The notes beneath the pieces are model-generated. The model saw only the letters and a program-made list of their open reading frames with translations. It was not told where the DNA came from and did no database searches. The translations under genes were made by a program, and so were the position numbers. A stretch of 64,000 bases of DNA from Octopus sinensis (taxonomy: Eukaryota): contig NC_043016.1 in NCBI RefSeq assembly GCF_006345805.1, positions 28,396,001 to 28,460,000 of the forward strand. Reading direction: 5' to 3'. This document shows, one piece after another, positions 1 through 10,559 of the stretch. Each line of letters starts with the position of its first letter. Position 1 is the stretch's first letter.

Positions 1-850
1 ATGCAAAACTAAATGCAATACCCAATGAATACACTGGACCTGGAGGGATTGCAATCCCAGAGGCACAATCAGTGCGTGACCTGGGTATTCACATGAGTGA
101 TGACGCAACTTTTCATGTACATGTTGCTAAATTGGCAATGAAATGTAGACGGCTGGCTGGATGGATTCTTAGACCTTTAGAACAAGAGACCAAGAAACCA
201 TGATGGTCCTCTGGAGGACACTTGTCCTAAGCCACTTTGACTATTGCTCTCAGCTATGGTCACCATCCAGTGTCAAGTTGATCACAGAACTTGAGGCAAT
301 CCAACGAAGCTACACAAAGAAGATAGCCTCTGTGCAGCATATAAGCTACTGGGAAAGACTCAAGAGATTTAAACTCTATTCCTTGGAGCGTAGGCAAGAA
401 AGATATGTCATAATATACATCTGGAAGATCCTGGAAGGACTTGTCCCAAACTTTGGCATCGAGAGTTACACAAATGCCAGAACTGGGCACCACTGCATGG
501 TGCCAAGGACTCCAAATTTGCCATCAAGATGTAGGACAAGATACTGTGATAGCCTGAGCTTCAGAGGCCCACAGCTCTTCAATATCCTCCCGAAGAACCT
601 GAGGAACCTGCATGGGGTGGATGCGGATGTCTTTAAAGTAGGACTGGATCTCTTCCTGTCAGGTGTCCCGGATGAACCAACTTCACGGCAGGAGATGCAG
701 ATGAGGGCAGCTGCATTGAACTCTCTCATACACCAAATGGCAATTGCTAAAAAGCATTCGTGAAGTAAAATCATGTAGCAACACCAAATGGCGGTGCCCC
801 AGCATGGCCACAGCTCGTGATAAGATAACATGAAAAAAAATAAAATAAAA
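1..850 (+). mobile_element. 3' end of a CR1-group non-LTR retrotransposon (RT C-terminal region, 3' UTR, A-rich tail)
   Basis: ORF 200-763 has LVLSHFDYCSQLWSP, SYWERLK..LYSLERR and [12 protein letters not shown], typical of CR1/L2-group ORF2 C-termini; upstream RDLGI motif near 75-90; ends in AAAAAAAATAAAATAAAA before a (TA)n array. Confidence 0.85.
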
Positions 851-1320
851 TACATATATATGTATATATACATATACATGTATATATACATATACATGTA
901 TATACATGTATATATACATATACATGTATATATACATATACATGTATATACATGTATATATACATATACATGTATATATACATATACATGTATATATACA
1001 TATACATATATATATATATATATATACATATATATGTATATATACATATATATGTACAAATACATATATATGTATATATACATATATATACATATATATA
1101 TATATATACATATATACATATATATATATACATATATACATATATATATATACATATATATATATATACAAATACATATATATGTATATATACATATATA
1201 TGTACAAATACATATATATGTACAAATACATATATATGTATATATACATATATATACATATATATATATATACATATATATGTATATATACATATACACA
1301 TATATATATACATATACAGA
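851..1320. repeat. Compound (TA)n/(TACA)n microsatellite array
   Basis: Directly visible; source of the YIYI/MYIY ORFs. Confidence 0.97.
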
Positions 1321-1347
1321 CACATAATTTAATTCTATGTATTTATA

Positions 1348-1429
1348 CAGCTGAGGATTGCTCTGCATTTAAACTGATGTAATGATTGCATTGTTCAATT
1401 AAATGGAGTCGCTTGAAATGATCGTACTG
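1348..1429 (+). ncRNA. Type-I hammerhead ribozyme-like motif (Penelope-like)
   Basis: cag-CTGAGGA(1351-1357)-long stem II (catttaa/ttaaatg)-GAAA(1415-1418)-tgatc-GTA(1424-1426)-ctg; stem I cag/ctg; stem III ATGATCGT is near-palindromic. Confidence 0.6.
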
Positions 1430-1983
1430 GATTCCCTCTGAATATCCTGTTGCTTATTTTGATTTTAATCACCTTATTTTGAAATGGTATGGATAATACC
1501 GTACTAAATTCTGGTGCCTCAACTTAGGTACCTAATTCATCTGAATCTAAATTTTTGCTATATATATATATATGTATATATTTGTCTGGAATTCCTCTGT
1601 TATTGCCTGGAGGACTGTGATATATATATATATATATAACACACACACATGTATATATATATATATATCTGTTTAGAGTACACTTAGCAGAGCTTGAGTG
1701 AATGAAGCTTGACCGGGTATGGAAATAAATGTAGCGATAAGCAAGTTAGAATAATCAATATATAATGCTTTACTATATTAATAAATGAAATACAAAAAAT
1801 GTATGTATGTTTACATGCAAAAAGGTCTGAGTTACACATAATAGAAACGATATAAAGGGTCAAAGGGTCTGAAACAAAATATTACAAACCAAACAGCTAT
1901 AAACTTTATTTTGAACCACTGAGCTCCCAGAAACAGCTGTTGGATTAGTAATACTTTTCTTCAACCCCTGTAATCCTCTATAT

Positions 1984-2274
1984 CAGTGGTTCCCATACTT
2001 TTTCAGACTGCAGTCCCATTGACACTCATGTCACATTCTTAGCACCACCACCCTCCTCACCACAAACATAAACCACTCTCAACAACAAATTGAAAATAAA
2101 AGTATTTCACAATTAAAACTTAACCTAATTAACCCGTAATTTTTTTTTTGGGGGGGGGGGTACATCCCCTCTCCACTTTAGGTCACCCTATTATTGCCCT
2201 ACTTTTCTTCAACACCCCTCTTGATCTTTCCACCATCCGCAGTGGGGCAGTACCGTCCACTTTGGGAACCACTT
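1984..2274. mobile_element. hAT-type (Charlie/Buster-like) MITE
   Basis: TIRs cagtggttccca / tgggaaccact; 8-bp TSD ctctatat / ctcaatat (1 mismatch). Confidence 0.8.
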
Positions 2275-2421
2275 CTCAATATCATTTGTATTCTGTATAA
2301 GTCAGACGTATATACATTTTTTGTATTTCATATATTAATATAGTAAAACTTTTAATATATATATATATGCATCCATATACATACGCTTACATACATACAT
2401 ATATATATATACATACATTCA

Positions 2422-2690
2422 CACATGGTTTGATCAATAAGTATCCGGACTGTTGCCATAGTAACCAAGCTTAAAGTACATAGAGTAAAGTTGCTAGGCA
2501 CAAATTGACCTTGAACTCCGTTGTGCATGCGTACTAAGTGTTAACATTCTAGCTGGCATCTGCTATTTACAGGAGTGCTTGGAAGGAAGGTGTGTAGCGT
2601 GTGTTCATCCCGTTGGCCATAACAGAGAATGCTTGGTGCTATCTGCTCAGAGGCCTATGCAAAGTTTTCAAAAAGTTTTCATTGTTCTCA
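2422..2690 (+). mobile_element. 5' fragment of a mariner-like element
   Basis: Starts ...ggtttgatcaataagtatccggact, resembling mariner TIRs such as the one at 23295; no intact ORF. Confidence 0.45.
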
Positions 2691-2758
2691 ACACTATCAA
2701 GGAGACCTTGTGCAACTGAAACCTGAGTGTCTTTTAGATCAGCTGAAGGTGGTTTTGG

Positions 2759-3196
2759 CACGTTTCTTCCTATTCCTTAACTTCTAAGTTATTTCGTACA
2801 AAAAAAAATGGTAGAAAGACATTAGACATGATATAAGTGAAATGGCAAACTAATTTTCTATTATGTATGGACACACACTCACATATGTATATTCACACAT
2901 ATATGTGTGTAATTGAATATATGTATGAACGTCTGTATACATATATATGTATGTATGTATGTATGTATAGACACACATACACACACACGGGGAACGATGG
3001 ATACGTACGTTCATACATATATTCAAATATACACACATATATGTACATTTGTAAGTATATGAGTGTGTGTACATGCATATACATAATAGAAAATTAGTTT
3101 TCCATTTCACTTATACCATGTTTATTATCTTTCTACTCTACCCCGTTTGTTTTTTGTACGAAATAACTTAGAAATTAAAGAATAGGAAGAAACGTG
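2759..3196. repeat. Long imperfect palindrome (foldback), arms about 170 bp
   Basis: cacgtttcttcctattccttaacttctaagttatttcgtac... is mirrored by ...gtacgaaataacttagaaattaaagaataggaagaaacgtg. Confidence 0.9.
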
Positions 3197-4651
3197 GGTA
3201 AATAATTTACCGAAACGTGTCTACACACACATATATACACCCGTTTATATATATGTGTGCAATCTAGTACCACAAGAATGATCAAACTTCCTTTAATTGA
3301 GTGATGTATAACAAAAGTGTTCATTGGTGTTGAAGATGTATAAATTTAGTTGGGTGGTATGGTTTCTTTGAGAACATGGTGGGAATATGAAAATTAAGAA
3401 TGCGCTGAAAGACTTAATTTCACACACAAACATTAATGTTTGTTTTTATGTCAAGTCATAAAACAATTTTACTTTGAACTGAAGAATTAAAGTACATATT
3501 TATTAAACAGTCTGGTTAAGGATAGCGAGCCGAAACTTCGAAGTCACTGCTACCACTTTTCTTGTAAAGTATATTACACACACATTTTCTCCTTATCGCA
3601 CTACCCGTCGTCCACTTTGATTCTCTTCTATGACCGATAAGTACTGATAAAATATTAGGGTCGATATAACGAACGGTATACCATTTTCCATCAATATCAT
3701 TCCATTGTTGGATACAGACAATAGACAAGACAAGAGCGTTGATCGAGCAGACTTATGATCAATGGTTCCGGGTGTGACCAGCCTATCATATTTTAAGGCA
3801 AAGATAAACTAGGACCATATTTTAAACATTAAAAGAGTAAGGTATGATTTGAGGAAGTTGTAGACATTATTTCTCGCACACTGACCTATCACATCGAGAC
3901 TCCTTTAGAACGATGGTGTATATATTGTTTTATTATACGCGTTGTTTAACTTTAGACTAGCACAGGGTTGTATTTATTAAAGTCTCCGTGTGTGTATTAT
4001 ATATATATACACACACGGCATTATAGATACACCGAAACATATGCATTTGAATTAAGACGACTAAAGAAAATGCGGGTAGACATAAACAAAGCGACACGTG
4101 TTCGAAAAGAAACGACATATATTCATAAAACAGTGCATGTAATTGTGAGGTCATTTCAATATTTTTTTTTTTTTTTGTGTAAACAATTATATTTTATACC
4201 TGTGTGTATGTGCGTGTGCATACACATAATTTATACATACATATTTACACATACAAGTGTGTGTGTGTGTGTGTGTGTGCGTGATTAGCTTAATCTTAAG
4301 AATATCATTAGTTCAAAGATTAATTAATAGATTTGAATATATTAATTTCGAAGAAATAATATGATTTCGAGAAAGAGAGAGAGAGAGAAAAAAAGAGAGA
4401 AAGAAAAAAGAAAGAGAGATCTTAATGACAAGGTTACACTATAATTTTTTTTTTTGGTTCGTCCGGACCACAAATACCGGCTAACCTAAGTACAAACACA
4501 CATGCACTTATACAGACACATACACACTTATAAACAGAAAGAAGTGTGCGCATGTGCCTATAGCTATTACAGATAATTAAAAGCAACAAAGATACACTAA
4601 ACACTTGAAATGAATGTTAAGAATATTTCTCAATAAGAAATTAATAATTAC

Positions 4652-4732
4652 CTTGATTGACCGTAGAAAATACCTGCCAGTGGTGTTTCCATTTAATTTT
4701 GACAAAGGGAACATACACTTTAACGCCATCAT
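4652..4732 (-). CDS. Candidate first coding exon; mitochondrial-presequence-like peptide MMALKCMFPLSKLNGNTTGRYFLRSIK
   Basis: gATGATGGCG start context, 81 nt open frame ending at AAG|GTAATT donor; basic/hydroxylated, no acidic residues; CpG-containing non-repeat neighbourhood; no homology recognised. Confidence 0.35.
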
Positions 4733-5039
4733 CAGTCATTCATACAGCACGTACATCGCACGGACCCAAGCAAATTATCTCCCTTTATAATGTTAACCCA
4801 TTCTCATTTGGATTGCTTCTTTTCTATCCCTTTATTTTATGAATGACCGTCACCTTTTTTATTGCCAGATTTATCAGTGCCTATTTGGTTATTATGTGCC
4901 TTAACTATGCATGTGGAGTATATTAATTTACTCAAACACATTTATATGCTACAAAGTACATTTTATATATCTATGTACATAGATGCGTGTATGTGTGTGT
5001 ATATATATATATATACATATGTATGTATGTGTGTGTGCG

Positions 5040-5077
<38 letters not shown>

Positions 5078-5111
5078 TACATATGTAATTGAAAAGAAAC
5101 ACACGAGTTGA

Positions 5112-5546
5112 TATGTATAAGGAAAACAAGAAAAGGTAGAAAATGCTAAAATAATTTTATCATGAAGAAAAGTTTAGTACCGGTTTCAGTAAAACATGAA
5201 AAACAATTAAATGTTTTTAAAGAATATTTCCATAGTTTTCAAATACAAGGGACATTTTTCATTTTCTGTCAGTCTGTCTGTCTGTCTCTCTCTCTCTCTT
5301 TTACTCTTTTGAAGCCTTCAAAAGTGAAAAGAGAGAAACAGACAGAAAAAAGGAAAATGTCCCTTGTATTTGAAAACTATGGAAATATTTTTGTTTTAAA
5401 TTTCATTCAATTTTTCCATTATTTAATTGTTTTTGATGCTTTACTCTAAGTTGAAAAAGCTGCAAAGACTGAAACCAGAACTAAAATGTTCTCATGATAA
5501 AAATATTTTAGCATTTTCTACCTTGTCTTGTTTTCCTTGTATATAT
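5112..5546. repeat. Palindromic element centred near 5315 with degenerate hammerhead remnants
   Basis: Arms mirror (aaggaaaacaagaaaaggtagaaaatgctaaaat / attttagcattttctaccttgtcttgttttcctt); minus strand of left arm reads GAAAC-cg-GTA-cta (5175-5187); flanked by TA/CA tracts. Confidence 0.8.
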
Positions 5547-5624
5547 ATATATATATATATAAACACACACACATGCATACACACATGCACACACACACAC
5601 ACACACATATATAAACCTAATTAG

Positions 5625-6205
5625 AGGATATGTTAATCGTTAGATAATTAATTTGTAAAATTAAGATCTTTATAAGATGAATCTCTTCAGAGGTAGTAAA
5701 GATATACCAATTAGAAATACATTTTTTCTTCACCTTTTCTTTTCTCTTTCTGAATACCCTATGATATTATATTAATGTCTTCTTTTTTCTTTAAGACATA
5801 TAATAATATATACTATCTTCTCCCTCTATATTAGATTGGTTCCTTCTTTTCGTATATTTGCTATCAGTTAACTGTTTCATTGCTGTTATCTCAACATGTA
5901 ATTCTAATCAGTATATCCTTACTACCTCTGAAGGGACTCATCTTATAATGATTTTAATTTTATAAATGAATTATCTAAAGATTTCTCAATTGAAACAGCT
6001 GTCAGAGATGTTGTCATATTTTATAATTAATAAGATAATTTTATTAATTACCTCTCCATTTTCTCCTTATTCTTTAAATATACAAATATATGAACCACAG
6101 TTTATATATATCTTTCTATTGATTTTTCTATAGATTGGTAACTAACCAGTATTTTCATTGGATTTATGATCCTTTAATGAGGTTTATTACCTTTACTTGA
6201 TACTA
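5625..6205 (+). mobile_element. Non-autonomous Penelope-like element with inverted 5' copy and hammerhead-like motif
   Basis: Inverted repeat 5640-5722 vs 5898-5980; CTGAAGG(5928-5934)...GAAAC-agct-GTC(5992-6003); the inverted copy keeps the intact core CTGAAGA. Confidence 0.5.
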
Positions 6206-6221
6206 TTATATATATATATAT

Positions 6222-7576
6222 ATAAATTGAATTAGAGATAAAACCACTATTAGGCAAATCAAACAATGAAAAACATAAAAATAAACATAATATAATATAC
6301 AAAATATATAAAATTTAAAATTTAAAATATTTAATTTATATTTATAAATTTTTATATTTTTTAAATTTTTAGATTTAAAAAATATATATATATAACTATC
6401 AAAAAGTATTAAAAGTTTAATATAAGATAATAAGTAAAACCACTACGTACGTTTCATGGCCATAACCTAATTCGAATTACAATAATTTAAATTCAATTAA
6501 AAATTCGAATTATAGTTATAGTCAATCTTCAGGTTAATGATAATAGTTAAATAAATAAGCAAATATATTTAAACAATATTTTTTAAGAAATAAATAAAAT
6601 ACAAATTTTTCTTATAAAAAACTCTATTATCAAACTAGAAACTTTAACGATTAGGTTTATGTCATACAATCCAATTATGATGTTAGATATTAATTTTTAA
6701 GGTAAAAATAGATAGAAAATGTATTTATCTATTCAGATATAATATGGCTATAAAAAACATAATAAACTCACTAATAACCTAATCTCAGTTATAGTCAATA
6801 TCTAATTACCTAATTATTTAACAAAAAAATAATCACTATTCATATTATTAAATTTAAGTTCAAATCTAATAATTATAAAATATTTGAATAATTACTAAAT
6901 TATTATCAATAAATATATATAAATATAATAATTAAGATCTAAAATTATCTCTATCAATAAATATATATATGTATTATAAAAAACTAAATAAATTAATTAT
7001 TCATTATTACTTACGAAATATATTAAAAAATTAAAGATGAAAAAGCAAATTGAAAACATATAACCTATCTTAAAAAAACCCTATAACTATTTAACGATCA
7101 ATATATCTCGTTGGCTAATTAATAACTTTCAAAAACCGTATAGTTATGATCTAATAATGAAATAATGAAATACATATCTTCAACAACTAAATACTTATAC
7201 AATCAAATTATCGATCTGTAGTTATGTAGTATCCAATAAATACCATATAACATAAATTATTAAAATAAATTTAATAAAAAGGTTTACTTACTTTTCAAAA
7301 ATCATGTCATTAACTAAACTAATAATAAACAAATGGAAAATTCTTTAAATAAGAAAATGGAGAAACAATTTAGTTTGTTCATCAACTTTCGGATATTAGA
7401 ATGTTGAATTATTTATTCATTTAACAAAATGAGAACCTTAATAGCATACATATATACCTTATAATTCAATACATATAAGATAATACAAATTATAAAATTT
7501 GGGTACTTTACCAACAATATATTGGATAAATACAATCCCTTAGTGGGTTGCACCCATAACCCCTAACTTACTTTGT

Positions 7577-7580
<4 letters not shown>
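6222..7580 (-). mobile_element. Very AT-rich non-autonomous Penelope-like element between (TA)n tracts
   Basis: Bounded by (TA)n on both sides; left part recurs at 22342-22536 and inverted at 23227-23284; carries a hammerhead motif. Confidence 0.55.
6438..6537 (-). ncRNA. Type-I hammerhead ribozyme-like motif
   Basis: Minus strand: aac-CTGAAGA(6532-6526)-stem II tgactataac/gttatggcca-GAAAC(6455-6451)-gtac-GTA-gt; stem III ACGTACGT is a perfect palindrome; stem I weak. Confidence 0.65.
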
Positions 7581-7617
<37 letters not shown>

Positions 7618-7868
7618 TACACACATTCACACTCATATATTACATATATATATATTTAGTGAGATACATACATGCATACATATTACTAAATATACTCAGA
7701 AGATAAACACATATGTATGAGTATATAGATATTTGCAGAGTGGGTGGTGTGAGGAAGGGCATCCAATAGTAGAAACCATGCCAAAAAAGACATGGTACAG
7801 TCTTCTGCCTAGCCAGCTCCTGTCAAACCATCCAGCCCGTGCTAGCATGGAAAATGGATGTTAAATGA

Positions 7869-7926
<58 letters not shown>

Positions 7927-7959
7927 GTAACTATATATATGTATATATATAAAATCATG

Positions 7960-9090
7960 TCCCAAAACTGATGAAAACATTGACTATCCAGTTTCCAGAT
8001 TCTACATGAATGACATAACAGTCTTGTCAGCATCAACTGAGAGGGTATGCATGAAGTGTAATCCAGCAAACTTTCAGAGCCTGAGTATGCACAAAGGAAG
8101 GCTGGCAAATGATATCTTCAGCATTCAGGGATCTGGAATTCCAACAATGCAGGAGAAAGCAGTTTGATGCCTTGGGAAAAACTATGATCATACCATTAAG
8201 ATATTGGAAATGCTGAACAAGCTAAAGGCATTTAATAAAAGTCAGCAATTTGGAAGATTCAAAGGATGGTGCTTCCAGTAAGGCATTAAACCTTGACTCC
8301 ACTGACCATTTTTGCTCTATGACTAGGCCATGGCTTATGTAGAAGCAATGGAGAGGCTGTGCAATAAATTCATGTGAAAGTACTGGATGTTCCCTCCAAT
8401 TTCAATTCAGCCAATTTGTACAGCAAGACGCCTAAGATCCACTAACCAATTTCATCAGTGATGGAGGAATTCAAAGCCATGACAACAGGGGCAATCAGAA
8501 CATTGCGACAGTCTGAGGATGAGAAAATCAAACATGCCAACAAGACTGTAAAGTGTGGCAGAAAGTGGAAGCTGCAGAAAACTGTGAAGGAAGCAGAAAC
8601 ATACTGGAAGCACCAGAAGATTGTTGGAGTAATCTGTTAGGGATAGCTAACACTTGACAACCACAGTGCCAAAATGTGGGAAAATACCAAAACTAGGAGC
8701 AAGAGAGAGTCATAGGGCTAAAAATCTCTGATTCTGCAGAGGACGATTGCTGGGTGAAAGTATTAAGGCTTGCCCACCAGGGACAATGGATACATTATGA
8801 CCAAACATTCAAGTGTTCTTGCCAACCCCACTTTACCTTAAAATATGAGACAAAGAAATTTCATTCTGCAAACAATGTGGAACAACCTTTTGTACCCTGA
8901 ATCTCATTTTGACAGGATACCCTCAGACATTGGCAAAAATTATTACACATATGGGAATATGATAAGTTCCTTGCAGAAATCACTAAGAAAACATCACTCC
9001 AAACAGATACATTCCATTTCTCCAGGAGTACAAGAAATATTGTTGTCAAACATACAGTACTCTGGGAGGATAGTCTCAATATTTTTCACC
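7960..9090 (+). mobile_element. Degenerate HERO-like (restriction-like endonuclease class) non-LTR retrotransposon fragment
   Basis: Translations WCFQ*GIKP*LH*PFLLYD, KCGRKWKLQKTVKEAETYWKHQKIVG and HILTGYP resemble HERO-clade motifs (GRKWKA..AV..AE..L.H..IVG; HILSGC); many stops. Confidence 0.7.
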
Positions 9091-9094
9091 ATGT

Positions 9095-9443
9095 GAAGTG
9101 GCTATGTGGTAAGTAGCTTGCTTACGAACCACATGGTTCCGGGTTCAGTCCCACTGCATGGCACCTTGGGCAAGTGTCTTCTACTATAGCCATGGGCCAA
9201 CCAAAGCCTTGTGAGTGGATTTGGTAGACGGAAACTGAAAGACGCCTGTCGTATATATATATATAAATATATATATGCATGTGTCTGTGTCTATGTTTGT
9301 CCCCCCAACATCGCTTGACAACTGAGGCTGATGTGTTTACATCCCTGTAACTTAGCAGTTCGGTAAAAGAGACTGATAGAATAAGTACTAGGCTTACAAA
9401 GGATAAGTCCTGGGGTCAATTTGCTCGACTAAAGGTGGTGCTC
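9095..9443 (+). mobile_element. SINE family A (tRNA-derived head, CORE-like ggcaccttgggcaagtgtctt, internal TA/TG tract)
   Basis: A-box/B-box-like head gtggctatgtggtaag...ccgggttcagtccc; multiple similar copies in window. Confidence 0.9.
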
Positions 9444-9569
9444 AATGAAGTCATTGTCAAGGGACAGTTTGCAGCCTCATTCTCAACTGAAGTCAGCTGT
9501 TGTAACTTTCCAGTTAGATCAGTATGCTGTTTCTTGCAGAAGATTGGTATGAGCTCAAACTACAGAAGG

Positions 9570-10075
9570 TAGTGAAGTCGGACACTTGCAAAATCCCCTG
9601 GGATTTCCTAATCCAAACAGATTAGGTGTTAGAGCATAACAGACAGAACCTAGTGGTGGTGGACAAGGTGCACCATATATGTTATATAGTTGATGTTGCG
9701 TGTTACTTTAACAAATGATTAGTCAAGAAAGAAGGTAAAAAATATATAAATACAGTACTCTTAAATATGAAATAGCCCTGTTATGGAAAATTAAGAAGGT
9801 GAAGATAGTGTCAATTATTGTTGGATCCTTGAAGACAATATCAGAAGGCATCAAGAGGAATATAAAGGAAATCAGAATAGAGTACCCAGTAGAACTGCTA
9901 CAAAAGGCTTGCCTCCTTGGCATGGCCAGAATAATCAGGAAAGTATTAGATAGTTGAAAAAAACAGATAGCATGGTACCATAGGCTACAGGCAGCAAGCC
10001 CATTATACATACAAGACTCCAGGAGTTCCAACAAAACCAGAGATAAAAAGAAATAATAATAATAATAATAATAAA
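9570..10075 (+). mobile_element. 3' end of an R4/Dong-like non-LTR retrotransposon with (TAA)n tail
   Basis: WDFLIQTD*VLEHNRQNLVVVDK..CYIVDVA and LQKACLLGMARIIRKVL match RLE endonuclease C-termini; AAT repeats at 10052-10073. Confidence 0.75.
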
Positions 10076-10559
10076 TGCCCTGATCTAATATGAGGCACTG
10101 GCTCTCGTGGCTTCTGATCTTAACAGATTGGAAGTATTATCATGTACATGTTTTGTCTTGGTATAAAAGATGCGCTACTGCAAATAATCAGTTTAATACC
10201 ACAGATTTTCTTGTCAATTGTTTTACGTTAAGTAGTTGAGCATGTCCCTTGGTAGTTGACAATATGTGCATCTCTGATCATGATCAGAAGTAGTGAGAGA
10301 GCAACACAGTCTGTGTTGAGAGGAACTCTTTGGGGTTTGATTAATTAACTTCTGGAAACATGAGAGTTTTGTTCAACATCCTTAAACAAACCTTATTCAG
10401 AGACCTTTCGAGCAGGATGGGCTACTTGACCTGAGGAAAATTCCAATAGGTCCTCACCTGCGATGTCATGAATTGTTTATCTTGATATGAAATCACCATG
10501 TCACACACATATGATTATGATATATATGCCTGGTGTACCCTTATCAGATGGTTTCATAT

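Noticed and set aside
466-1382. Long ORFs rich in Y/I/M/C/H (also 31370-31917, 35396-36092, 45977-47317, 50448-50654)
   Set aside because: They are translations of TA/CA microsatellites, not genes.
3516-3728. 70-aa minus-strand ORF near the candidate exon
   Set aside because: No recognisable domain, non-ATG start, and it overlaps SINE-like remnant sequence.
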